A stretch of DNA of 64,000 nt, from NCBI RefSeq assembly GCF_036321535.1, contig NC_087437.1, forward strand, positions 49,974,001-50,038,000. Direction: 5' to 3'. A program made the position numbers and the translations under genes. Source of the DNA: Camelus dromedarius (taxonomy: Eukaryota). The notes beneath the pieces were generated by a model. The model did not search any database, was not told the origin of the DNA, and saw only the letters and a list, made by a program, of their open reading frames with translations. Shown here piece by piece: positions 26,911 through 39,720 of the stretch (the first letter of the stretch is position 1; each line of letters opens with the position of its first letter).

Positions 26911-29119
26911 GAGGTACATGGGGAGACCACAAAAATATAGGCAAACACTGTGACAGTGTTAAAAGAATATTTGTGAGAAAAAAAAACAAATGTAGTGGAA
27001 ATTGGAAAGCAAAGCAGGAGAGGCATGCCTACAGAGGTTTCAGAGGGGTCAGTGTTTGAGCAAAATCTTCAGATGCTACATTTATACAGGTGGAACATGG
27101 ACAGGCATGAAACCTACAGTGGAGGGATGACAATAAGTCATGTGAAGACAGGAGATGCAAGCAGTGTTTTGTGTACATAAAGAATAATGATGCACTTGGC
27201 TTTTTTCATAAACTTACTTTTTAACACAACAATCCTGTCTCCATTTGACTTTGGTTTTACAATTATTTGCACAATCCTAATGGCCCAAGTTTCTAGATTT
27301 ACCTTTAGATGTTAAGGTCAAAACATACAAGAAATTATTTCAACAACTCATATTTTTATTTTATGTAGAAATTAGACCCTTTGTGTTCTCACAAAGGATC
27401 TGAGGTAACTTACAATTTTATATCGCTTGTAGCATTTTTTTAAAGCAGACCAGAAATCATTTAGGAAAAAAGACATAATTGTATCAGAAAGCTAGAATGA
27501 CACTGTTTCTGAAATTGAGTACTAACATAGCCCTGAGACTCCTGGCAGTCAATGCAACAAGGGAAATGTTGTTGGTTTGATAAAAGAAAGTAGGTGGTTT
27601 ATTTGAAGAGGCAAATACTTCCTATTGCTGAAGTCTGGTAGGAATGTGTTCCATGTGGAAAACACATTGCACAACATAACAAGAAATGTCTTTAACTCAC
27701 TTTATGCACAACTGGGTCCTTGACTACTTGGAGAACTTTTATGACTTTAATTCACCCAGGGACTAAGGGCTTCCTACCCATTGTTAATTCATCTCTGCTA
27801 AGATTAGTCAGACTGGCTGAACCAATGTACCCATGCTAAAAATAGGGAGATGCTTTCTTTCTCAGCTCGCTCGACATGGGAGAAAATACCTGCATTGATC
27901 TTCCTGCCTCCTAGCTTTCTTGATATACCAGCATACACAATCAGTAAATCTTGTATTTTAATTCCTCTTTGGTGCCAAGCATAATGCTTAAAGAATCATT
28001 TGCCCACCTGTATTGTTTCAAATGCATCACATTCTTAAAAGAAAACATGGATAGTAAAACCCTCTTGAAATTTAAGGCATTTGAAGGAGTTATATTCTTA
28101 AGGCATTAAGTCACTATATTAAGATACATAAGCAAATTCTTATAAGCTTTCACACGCCCTATTTGGCAAGGGATCATCCATGTGAATAGTCCTTTGTTTT
28201 CACTCTCATGATATGTACAGGTTGTTACAGAACTCAAATTGATTCTAGCAATTATTTAAAATTCCTCAGAAATACCTTAAATCTCATATCTTCATTTCTG
28301 AGTAGGGACAATGCCAAAATGCCAACAGCTGAGTACTTTTAGATTAAAGGTAACATCCCTTTCGACAGCCTTTCACAGACACAGGCAAACAGCAATTCAC
28401 ATAAATCACACACATCCAGTGTCTCACTTTAGATATCTTGATGAGGGAATCCTGCAGTTGACTCATCTAAGACGTGAACCTGGGCCATAATTCCTTGAGA
28501 CTGATTTAATGACAGTCCTGCTCAAAACCGTGCTACATTCAACAGGTCATGTTTTAAACAGAGGTTGTACATTTTTGTCTATTATTACATTGCCTTGCAA
28601 GATCACATATCAACTCCTTTTGTCACTTTTAATTACAGTTATAGTAGCAAATTATCTTATACCGATCTAAATGTCTACATTTTTAAAGCACTATGCTTTA
28701 TTTAAGGGATGCTGGTGACAAACATAACTGAGTTATTTTCTAAGACTGTACTTTAACGCTGCACCATGCTCTCTTTTTCTCTCTTCCCTCAGATTAACAG
28801 CTTGTCATGCACAATAGCAGGATGGGTTCAAGATTTAATCAGTAAACATGAACAGAAAACTATGGAAACGGTTTCACAGGGAAATCCAGGTCAGAATCAA
28901 CTTCTCATTGACTATTCTAGGACAGGGATGGCAAACACAGTCACAAACAGTAACACTTCTTTATAGAAAGGTGGATGTTGACTAATTGGTCATGAACATT
29001 TCTCCCGAAGAGCTTAGACATGGCTTCAGAAGTCTTTTCTATCAAGAGCAATATGTAGGCATTATTAATTGATCAAAGGAGCACTTTGTCAAAATATATC
29101 TGCCATCCCTTTCCTAGGA

Positions 29120-29243
29120 CTTCAGATTGGCACAGACTTTGAAGGTAACATCACTCAACCCAAGACCTGGTGCTTAAATTCTCTCTCGAACATCTCGAGC
29201 AATTGACCCATTCAGCTTCTTCTTGCACACTTTCATCAACAGC
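29120..29243 (-). mobile_element. CR1/L3 3' fragment
   Basis: 'tgcttaaattctctctcgaacatc...ccattcagcttcttcttgcacacttt' resembles the L3 reverse complement. Confidence 0.5.
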
Positions 29244-32200
29244 CTGAGTGAACCAGCCACACAAAAAAGAGCCCACAAACTCGTGTAAAAAGACTGAACA
29301 GTTAATGTATTTATAAGTAAGTAAAAACAGCTAGGGAGTTCATGAATTGTCTCCTGAGTAGTCTTCTACTGCCATGGCCTATTATTCATTATCACAACTC
29401 TGAAAATAAAGGGGAAAAATGAATTCCTTTTGTGCTTTATTTCCTAAGAAGAGTATTTCATATCCAAGGATGAACTCTCAATTCTCTGGCATTTAGAATC
29501 TGCATTCCATGGAAGAGTCTGTAGAGCTCTCCAAGAACAGGGCAGTCTGAAAATTCTCACGATAAAGGAAAAGAGAGATGAGTTGGGGAGGAGCTGGGAA
29601 TAGAAGAGTCTGGGGAAGGGGCAGGAGTCTGATCCCTTGTGGCCCAGATCTCACCATCATTTTCTTGACCATTCACTCCCCTTAGCTCATTGCTATGCAG
29701 TTAAGATCTCCACTTCCTCTTCTCCTCATTTAAAATACTCAATTTGATTGAGCTAATTAAAGAAATTTACACTAAAGCATAACTAGCCCTCTCAGAAAAT
29801 ACTTGAATTCAAAAGAGAGAACTGTTAGTGCAAACGAAGCTTTAATTTTTGAAGTTATTTATCATATAGCTTCTTATTCCTTATCCACACCCCCAAAATC
29901 AATTAGAATTGTGGGAGATAAAATCTTGGGTGTTTGTCATCATTTCGTAAATTGTAATCAATCAAATGATAAAATTTTCTTGAATTTTAAAAGTGTAAAA
30001 AGTTTAAGAAGTTTAAAAGTTACTTTCCACCATTCTGGTGTTCAAGAACACCTGAAAACCTTTGAAATGTTTATTTATATTAAAATATTCTACCCAAGAA
30101 ACTATAAACTCCAACAAATCATTTGCATTGGAGAAAAAAAGTTAAATAGCAACTTGCTATGTGAGGTTTCTAACTATCTCCATTCACTGTAGATCTTAAC
30201 CAAGGTTAGTCTTTAACTGCAACACGTACACATGTAAAAGCAAACAATCACAAAAGGAACAAGGTACTTCTAAGACTTAAATGACATTACAGAGATCATC
30301 CTGATTGCAGTGTGGGCCAAAAAGACCACAATGACTACTCTAGTGTTCAACGTGAATTTTATTGGCTGAATCACACATTTTTTGTAAGCCGGGGATATTT
30401 GGAAATTGTTGCTCTGAAGATATACAAGAGGTTTTCATTAATTTGGTATATATACAATCTCATCTGGTAGTTGTTCTAGATATTTACAAGGGCACCCTTT
30501 TCTTTAAGTGATTTGGTGAGGCATGATCATTGATGTTAAGACTAATATAAAGCAGATAAAATGGAACAAAAGTTAAATCATACACCCAATATTAAATCTG
30601 GAGCTGATCTGCTTTATGCCTAGAATTTCATTCAGCTCCTTAGACTGATAATATTAATGGCATGCCTCAAAAGATCAGAAAACCAGTTCGTCTGCATCTC
30701 AAATAAGCCAAGTCTTACAGAAGTACAAAGTATGAAAAGGTAATTTTCATCATGAAAACATTCATATTTTTCTTTTGCACAAATGTAAAATTATCACATC
30801 TCATGTTGAGTTGATTAGAACATATCAATCTCTGATCAGCCAGTACTTTAAGAGCTGACTCTAGAGGACTTATACATTCAACAAGTCTGTATGTATGGTA
30901 TAATTTATAACTTTATGTTTCCTCTGAACTCTGGGGCAAAATGTCACCTTCTGTTACTATGCTAATTCAAAAGTAAGAGCTGGATAGTTGTCCCTATGGT
31001 AACACAGGCTCATTTTACCCCTCGCCCATTTCCAACCTGTTACTAAATTACTAAGCACTGGAGCGATGCATCAAAGAGCACAGGGAGATGCTGTTAACAT
31101 AATGAAACCAAACACCATCCACTTAAAACATGTTGTGTCAGCTTGGAAATAAGGTCCGATAAGCCCCTCACTTTCTACTCCCACCCCTACAGCTTACCAC
31201 CTAGCAACTGTTACATTTTCTAAGTTACAAAACCAGGACCCCACTCTACACAACAAAAATTACTTCCCAGAGGCAGCACTGCCTTTCTAGATAGAGCTCT
31301 TGCGTTTGGGGCATATATTTTTCATTGTGTTCCAAAACATGTATTTTAACTTTTTCACATCTCCATTATTCTATATTAATGAACAATGACTAGATATGTT
31401 TTCTTTGGAAGTAACTTTTAAGGGTCTATTAGCTGCAAAGCGATGACATTTCTTTAGAGCATCCAAGAGTCCAGGAGGCCAAGAATGAGATTTTCCCTCA
31501 GTCAAGGTTTTCAAAGGGTCGACCAAGAGAATTAGGACAGGCTGCATTCCTTCCTAATGGTGCACCATGACACTCTAATATCCTGCCGAGAAGAATCTTT
31601 TATTTTGAAATTTAAAGTCTCATCTGACAGAACCCATGCCTGCAGGAGCCTCAATTTCTCTGCTCTAGAGGAAGAACATTGAAATTCAATCTGAGGGAAT
31701 CCAAACCTTTGTTTCCATGGTGAGGCTTCCAAAACGCTACTGAACATTCAATTCTAACCATTTTAGTTATGGGGTGTGGGTGTATTGAAGAGTCCACCTT
31801 ATGTTAACACAAAGGCTCAGAAAGCATCAGTCGTTTCTGCAACAAGGAGCCAGGTCATTGTGGGAAGACATTGTAGGTATTTACCTTGAAAGGTATTGGG
31901 ATTGTGTGCACCTGTTAGGTTAACTTGTCTGAAAAATGAAGGAGTTGAATTAGGGGATCTCTAGAGTCCATTTTAGGTCTACCCTTTAATTAAAAGGTTA
32001 GCTAACTCTGTGACCTTCGTCAAGTAACTCACTGACTTGTGTGAGTTTCCTTCCAGCTGTGAAACAAGTCCAAGTATCTCTAATATAATCTCAGGGATTA
32101 TATTTTCCCCTTAAAATTAACATAATTATAGAAACAAGAGATTTGTGTTCTACACATTACCTGAGATTAAGAAGGGAGTGAAAAGCAGGAAGTAAATTTT

Positions 32201-32574
32201 TGTCCTAGGAGTCAATTCTATTGGGAAATCAGATGGGTAAATAACCAAAAAAGGTACTTAAATAAAAATTGCCTAAGAATGTAAAGTCACGGTAATGAAA
32301 TGAAAGAATAACAACTGATGAAGAGCAATATTTGCCACTGAAAATGATGTCAATAGGTCTCCACCTAATTGCGCTTTTCGTGTCAAAAGTCTCTTCCTCA
32401 CCAGTCCCAAATTCTTCAGTGAATATACAACAACAGGCTTTTTCAAGAGTCGTTCCTTAAAATTGCTCTCCACCAAATTTAGGTAGACTTGGATCCAGTA
32501 TGAAATTCCTCCACTGACTTGGAGATATATTAATTGGTCTAAGACTCATCCCACAAAATAAAATTCCTGAAGTC

Positions 32575-32810
32575 AAGGCAGTATGATATAATGAAAAAGG
32601 TGTGGAATTTTTAGAGAATCCAAGCAAAATGAACTTGTATTCTATCTCTGTCCTTTTCTAGCTGTGAAGATGGACACTGCTTTCAATATCTCTAGACTTC
32701 AATTCCATCATTTCTAAAATCATGATTATATTACCTTCTTCAAATGACTGTCATAAGGATTAGGTGAGATACTGGGAGGAAAGTAGTAAGACCTCAATAA
32801 ATGTTTGAAA
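32575..32810 (+). mobile_element. MIR
   Basis: 'ggcagtatgatataatgaaaa...ctagctgtg...catcatttctaaaat...aggattaggtgagat...ctcaataaatgtt'. Confidence 0.6.
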
Positions 32811-32824
32811 TACCTGTTTAATTT

Positions 32825-33700
32825 ATTTAATCTCAACTCAGTAATCATTTACTGATGGTCTACTGTGTACCAGGCACTGAGTAAGATGCTATAGATTAAA
32901 ATGATGGAAAACATTCATTCCTACTCTGATGATACACTTTGAATAGAAACAATCCAACCCTGCAGAATTCACTGCCTTCAGACTAGAGATGAGGAGCTGT
33001 GTTGCTCAACTTTTCCATGGCAAAATCCTTGAGGGAAAACAACAACAACAACAATAACAACACCTTTTGTTTAATCAGTCTCACCCTTTTTCCGAGCATG
33101 ATATTCTCATTTGCTCAAAAAATATTAATTGATCAACTGCTCTATGTGGGACACGAAAGTTTTATCTATAGTTTTTGCTAAGATGTTTGTAATTCCAGAG
33201 GAGATATAAACCTATGGCAAGTTAAATGTCAAGACAAAGAAGTAATTAATTAAGTTTGGAAGATACCCAGTATAGCCTCATAATACTGCTAGGACTTTTA
33301 GAGGAGAGAGAAGTAGGAAATACATATGGCTCCTGCCCTCAAGGTATTCACAATCTATTGGGGGGAAATAAAACTAAGAGACACAAATTGCTAGTCCAAA
33401 AGAGTACATGATTATACATCAAGTGAGTCAACTGAGATGTCCAGGCAGAAGTTCTATTGTAATTCTGTAGGAACTGAGCTGCTCTCTTAAGGAATGGGCT
33501 AAAGACAAGGTAGTATTCAGCTTAACTTTGAAGTATGGGTAAGATTTAAATAAATGGGTAAGAGAGGGAGGAAAGTCCAGATTATTGAAACTTGTATTTA
33601 AAAATCAGTGTTAAAAGACAAACGAGTGCAACATGTTCAGGGGTCAAGGAGCAATATGAGATTGAAATGGAAAGACAGGGCACCTCACAAAGGTAGAGTA
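32825..33700 (-). mobile_element. Scattered L2 fragments
   Basis: 'catttactga...tactgtgtaccaggcactg' and 'gctcctgccctcaagg...cacaatcta' are the L2 3' region, reverse complement. Confidence 0.45.
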
Positions 33701-34200
33701 TCTATTCAAATAATTGTTTTCCCTTGGTCTGAAAGCAGATGCTCAAAAAGACCTGCTGTTACCTCTTATCCCTGTCAATTATATTCTTAGACCATGTATG
33801 AAGAGTTCGACCAAAATGCAACAAATTTTCTGTTACTAACAACACAAAGTCACAACTATTCAGTCCATTAGAGAAACACTCTTACAGGGCACAACTACCA
33901 TGGGACAGTGACTAAAGTAAGGATACATTCAGACGGAAGCCCAGAGTGGAAATTGGATAGGGTGTGAGGGATCTGTGTCCCAGAAGTAAGGTTGTTATTA
34001 TGTTACTTTTTCCTATTTCAAAGCAGGAAAAATCGGGAAAGTGTTGGAGCTAGGTGTAAGAAAGAAAGCAAGAGAAGACTTGGGAATATGGATGCTTCTT
34101 CTGAACACTCCAGCTTCCTCCAGCAAATATTCTACTGCTTTAAAGGATATGACTTTAGAGATTGTTGTCTTCCCAATAATATATGTCTTTGCAAGTGCTT

Positions 34201-34678
34201 TGTTACAGTAAAGTGTGTTACAACTCAGTGTGATAGCAACCTGGATCCTGGCGACAGATCAAGCAGCACTCGGAAGGTTGGAGAACTCAGGTTTATTTCA
34301 CCAGTGGTCCCAGAAGAGTTAACACTCCTAGCTCTGGACCCCATTTGTAGGTTTACACAGGCTTTTATAGGCTACCAGTCAAGACTTTGCAACATTTTGC
34401 AACATCATATGCAGAGTAGGTGTTAGAAATGGACCAATCAGGAGTGAAAGAAATGAACCAACCAGGAGTGAGCTTTATGCAAATGAGTTGTTAGAAGTGG
34501 ACCAATCAGGAGTGAGCTTTGGGAACCAATAGAATCTTAGGGGTAAGTTTCACTTTCCTAGAAGCAAACCGTTTTACAGAAGCACAAAAGCGAGATAATG
34601 CTACCGGGCTGGGGAACTGGATGGCACCAGTGGGAAAATAGTGGCCCTGCCAGTCTTTTCATGGGGCTTCCCACCTCA
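34201..34678 (-). mobile_element. ERV solo LTR (ERV1-like, about 478 bp)
   Basis: TG...CA termini with 4-bp flanks gctt/actt (one mismatch). On the minus strand, TATAAAA (34363-34369) is followed by AATAAA (34292-34297). The U3 region has tandemly repeated CCAAT boxes and an ATGCAAAT octamer. Confidence 0.85.
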
Positions 34679-34891
34679 ACTTCTAAGTATATATTACTTG
34701 AACTGTAACCTTTTCAAAAAACAATCAGTGATATGTATATGGATGGATGAATGCAGTTTGGATTACAGATATATACATGTATTTATTGATCATTTATTAG
34801 GTTAGTGAGGACCTTCAAGTTCTTCTAGAGTGGTGGCAAAGGTCCAAGGCTCTTCTACTAACTACCTGACCTCAATGACCTGGAAGTATCA

Positions 34892-35020
34892 GATATATAT
34901 ATATATATATATAAAATTTATATATAATCTATCTACATATATAATTTATTATATATAATCTATATATAACTATGGATTATATATAAAACTATATATAGAG
35001 AGAGAGATAGAGAGAGAGAG
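34892..35020. repeat. (TA)n-rich low-complexity tract followed by (GA)n
   Basis: Direct reading. Confidence 0.9.
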
Positions 35021-35859
35021 AAACACAGAATGAAAAGAATACAACTTTGTCCTCTATTTCAGTGTCTAATTTTAGCACCTCAATTTTATTGAAGTTGTCA
35101 CTAACATGATATGATTTAGGCTCAACTGGGCTTAAGAAGTGGATTCCAATAAATCTATCTATCCTGAAACCTTTAAGCTAAATGTTGATGAAGACATATA
35201 TAAAAGAAAACCTTGATTTCTCTGTAAGTTGAGAAAATTTTATTGTAACTTGAAAACTCCTCTTGGTCTTTTTCTACAACCCAGCCACCTATAAATATCA
35301 GGAGATAGACAGGACCAAAACAAAAAAAGAAAGAAAAAAAAAACAGATAACTTTAGTTAGTTAATACACTAGTATTAGGTTTCTTCCTATAACTGAAACC
35401 CTGGTTTTAGCTTTTAAATGGAATATAGCTTCCCCCTGCTCCTGCCCACAACTGGCTGTGTTGTTTCTAAACAACTCCTTCAGATGATATTCTTTAATGA
35501 ATCCTATAGGCTTCTTGCCTGTAATTCCAATTCATCTGAGCTAGTTCTTAGTGACTGTCATTTTAAAGGTGAAAATGTTTTAGCCAGGTGGGTTCTGCCA
35601 TTTTGTAATTGCTACTGTCAAAAGACTGGGGGGTGTGCGGGAACAGCACATGTACTACACTACAAAAGGAGAACATATCACATATAATTTCCATATTGGA
35701 AACCTAGATCAGAGATCTGAGCATATGTCCCAGATGCAGGCTACAGAGTGCAGATCCATGTTGTATTATGAGACTTATTAAAGGGTTTTAAATTATATCA
35801 TTGGAATTCAAAATTATGATACATCTCTTTTGTATTAAAAAGTCCTGCTGCATAGGCAA

Positions 35860-36440
35860 TATAATGTTGAAGACTGCTTACCTTCAACCTATCAATTCTA
35901 GTCTGTGGTGTATTTCTAGAAAAATTTTCATAGCTAAGCACAAAGAGACATGTAAAAGATTTTAAACTAGCAAAAACAATGCTGTGATGAAAAACTAGAA
36001 ACAACTTGAATGCTCATCATTAAAAGAAGAATGGATATATCATGTCATGTTCATACAACTGATGAAGTAAAATGAATTAACTAGAGCTGTGTGAATGAAC
36101 ATTAAAAAAAATCTCATAAATACAATTTTGAGCAAAGCAAACATTTGTACAAGGATATAGTCAATACAATATCACGTATACAAACTTTAAAATCATGCTA
36201 AACAATATTATCTAATGACTATTGATACAAATATACTTAGTAAAAGCATAAAGTCACCATAGTGAAGTGAATGCAGTTGCAAAAGGGCACACAACAGACT
36301 TCACCTGTATCTGTAAAGGAATATTTCTTAATTCAAAGCAAATACGATAAAATGTTTAGAAGACTAAAACAGTGAGTTCTCAGATATTAGTAATATTGTA
36401 CTTTTCTATAGGGTTGTAATATTTCATTTAAAAAGAAAAG
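35860..36440 (+). mobile_element. L1ME-type 3' end
   Basis: 'aaaaactagaaacaacttgaatgctcatca...aaatgaattaactagagct...tttctatagggttgtaatatttcatt'. Confidence 0.65.
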
Positions 36441-38139
36441 TGAACAACAAAAGCCTACTCACTTCAATGGAATGATTTTTGGTTTTGTTTGTTTTCTTTT
36501 TTAGGTTTTGAGGAATTTTATGTACTGCATTTCTTTGTTTCTTTTTTCTTCTATTCAGGTTTTGACTTCTCTACAAGGATATGCAGGAGCTTCAGAATAA
36601 GATTCCATAACAATTCTTCAAAGAAATTAAGTAGTGAAGCACAAACAGAAAGATCTCCTACACTTCTAGCCAGATTATTTTTCTCTGCTCATAATTTTTA
36701 AAAATAAAGGGTCACTAATAACAAATTTTGGAGTTGGAGAATTTTCAGTCTCCCCAACATACCAGAGCCCAGTAACCTCTGAGACTGGCCCAAGCATCTG
36801 AGAGTGGGTGTCTATTTTCCCTTCAGTCATCTGTAGGAGCTTTAACTTCTTGAGCTTGGCTAGACAAATTTTGACATTGCATTTCCCATAGTGTCACTCT
36901 GGATCAACATAATATTCTCTTTGGGCACTCCTCGTTTTTATCTGCATCCACTCTGAGAGCTTCCAATTATTGCTCTTGAAGCTACAAGGTCAAGTTTGCC
37001 ATTCTTCTGAAAACATGAATGGACACTTACCTCTTTTTACCTGCACAGTAAACTGAATCCAAGTATAACAACTGAAGTTTTCCCCTCACCATGAAGGTTC
37101 CATATGTAGATGAATGTTTTCTACCTAATCAATAAAAACTTCAGAAATAATCAAAGTAGACCATCAATCTAGAGATTTCCCTTCTTAAATATATATTTTC
37201 TATGTTTACATTATTCTTTAATTTTTATTTCTGAGAAGTTCAGGGTCATACAGTCTCTAACAGAACTGAAAATTGGCCAACCAGCAATAATCCAGGAAAA
37301 CATCAAAAACACCCAGACAGAATAAGGCTAATATTTCCTCACCAGGTGTCTAGCCTCTTAATCTACTGATAATATCACATTCCAAAGGAAAAGGCACTGA
37401 GACCCTCCCAACTAGTGCTCTAAGCACTTACTTCTCCACCTAGGATTACCAGTTTGTTGAGCAGCAAACATTCTCACCTGCATAAGAGGTGGGGGCTGCT
37501 CTCCAATTGCTGAGAACAGCAGCATCTGAGGAGTAAAGTAAGAGCCCAGGTAAACTTTTTTTAGAAACCAAAACCCGGCAGCAAACTTGCTGGTTTCAGG
37601 TGCAGGTGCCAAAGTATCTGGGGTTTTATTTATGCTTCCTGAGACTGTGACCCTCCTTTGGAATTTGGAATTAAAGAAGCGGCCTTCTCTGAAAGGGCAT
37701 ATTTTTAGGAGGCTGTGTTTTATAGGTATGTTTCAAGTTCGGTGATGAGGAGGGGGTGCCCGTCTTCCTTGTCAGAGGATGAATCTGGAGACACATCTAG
37801 GGGTGATTTGACCCAAACCCTGCACAGGGTCAAGGGTTTCACCTGACAAAATGCTTATGATGAGAAGTACAGGGAGAGACAAAGCACAGGAAATTCTTTG
37901 GATCTAACTTATTGTCCAGTTGCTGGAACTCATCTTGGACAATTCACTTTTTCCTCTGAAAAATGGAATGTGGCTATTAGAATATCCTTTATAAGATTTC
38001 TGAGAGATTACTTGGAGACTGTTGGTATGGGAGAAAGAGCACAGGACTAGAATAAGTAACCTTGAGTTCTAATCACAATTTGGCCACCAAATTGCTGTCT
38101 ACAGCATTCTTATCAATGCCATAAGAAAAGAAAGGGCCC

Positions 38140-38492
38140 AAGTCAGGGATTTCCAACTCTGGCTACTACACTTGGAATCATTTCTGAAGTTAAAAACCAG
38201 TAACAACAGCAATGTCCTGCCTGGCCCTTCCCTAGACCAGCAGAATCAGAAACTACGGGACATGGAACCTTGCACTGATATTTATAAAATGTTCCCAGGG
38301 TGATTTTAGTATAGAGCCAGACTGAAAACTTAAGTAGTGTTTCTCATCATTTCATGTGCAAGAGAATCACCTGGGAGCTTATTAAAATGAAGAATTGGAT
38401 TCAGTAGGTCAGGGACGAGGCATTTCTGACAAGCCCCTAGGTGATATGAGGCTGCTGATCCACAGAGCACATTTTGAGTAGCAAGAAACTAG
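38140..38492. mobile_element. Two adjacent MER5-type MITEs
   Basis: First copy 'cttggaatca...gaatcagaaact...ttcccagggtgatt'. Second copy 'agtgtttctca...agaatcacctgggagcttattaaaatg...gattcagtaggtc...gcatttctgacaagc...cacattttgagtagca'. Confidence 0.65.
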
Positions 38493-38599
38493 ATGATTTC
38501 CAAGCGCACTTCTAGCGCTGTAATTCTGTGAATTTGTATTTTCCCTTTCAACAAAATCATCAATTTCCCACCTAAGATCACCCATTTCAGAGAAATGCC

Positions 38600-39245
38600 T
38601 TTATAATGGCATGCACTGTGCTAGACTCTGTGAAATAACTTAATGTTCCAAGGAGATACCTCAGAATCTTATGGGGCCTGATGCAACACCATGACATTAT
38701 CAGTAACTGGTATGACAGACATAAGGGATTTGGGGGAATTCATATAAGTAGGGAGGCACCACTTAATGTGAAGAATTGAGCACTATGAGGGGATATGTAC
38801 AGGGACATCTCAGAAATTTGTGTGCATGTGTGTGCCTGGGGTGGGTGCAGACTGGAGATTAGAGTGGTTTAGGGAAAGCTTCCTGGAGAAAATTATTTTC
38901 GATCTGAAATCTAAAGATGAATAAAATTTGGGAGTTGGGAAGGGCATCCAAACAGAGAGGACTATGGTATAAACACCTAAATGCATGTGAAAGAGAGGCT
39001 AAGGAAACCAGAGAACTAAAGTAGCATCACTTGACTGGAGCATAAAGAACCATGAGAAATGAGGGGTAAGCAGTGGCCAGAGACAGGACTTGAAAAGCTG
39101 TGTCAAGGTCATCATCCTGAAGCAAGAGAAAGCCTTCGAAGCATTTATTTACATTTTCAGAAATAACTTTGTGTGCTGTGTGAGTAGCAAATTATGGAGG
39201 TAGAGCATATCTGTTAGAGGGTGTTTAGTTGAGAATGAATGGGAC
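38600..39245 (-). mobile_element. L2 fragments
   Basis: 'gcactgtgctagac...agggaaagcttcctggagaa...aaagatgaata...gggcatcca'. Confidence 0.45.
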
Positions 39246-39249
39246 TGGC

Positions 39250-39720
39250 TATTCCACTTCCAGGAAATTCTTCTACAGATACTCACTCAGGTGCCCATAG
39301 GTGTTTGCGTGAGTACGTTCATTGCACTGCTGCTTATAATAACAAAATTTATAAACATTGACAATGTCTATCAACTGGACATACTGTATAGTTTCTAGTA
39401 TGGACCTTAAAAAGAATATAATAGATCTATATATATTAACATGCAAAGATTTTCAAGACATATTGTAAAGTGAAAAAGCAAGTCACAGTTTATGCAGTAT
39501 GGACCCCATTACATCAACTCAAAAATATATTCTCTATATCTGTAGAGTATATGTGAATATAAATTAACAGAAAAAATACATTTCAAACTGATGACAATGG
39601 CTTCCTTTAAGAAAAGGAATGGAAGACAAAGAACAACCTTCACTCTATGCTTCTGTTCTGGTTAGGACATTTACTACAAGAAAAAAGTATTTGTGTTTCA
39701 CTTGTGTAATAGGAAAAAAA
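39250..39720 (+). mobile_element. L1ME-type 3' end
   Basis: 'attccacttccaggaaat...gttcattgcactg...aatgtctatcaa...ttcaagacatattgtaaagtgaaaaagcaagt'. Confidence 0.6.

Noticed and set aside
32273..32520. Protein-like minus-strand ORF (VESNFKERLLKKPVVVYSLKNLGL) with a GTGAGG donor
   Set aside because: The acceptor is weak and I recognise no homology, so it is probably a chance ORF.
33992..34426. 144-aa ORF as a gene
   Set aside because: It has a non-ATG start, runs antisense into the solo LTR and has no recognisable domain.
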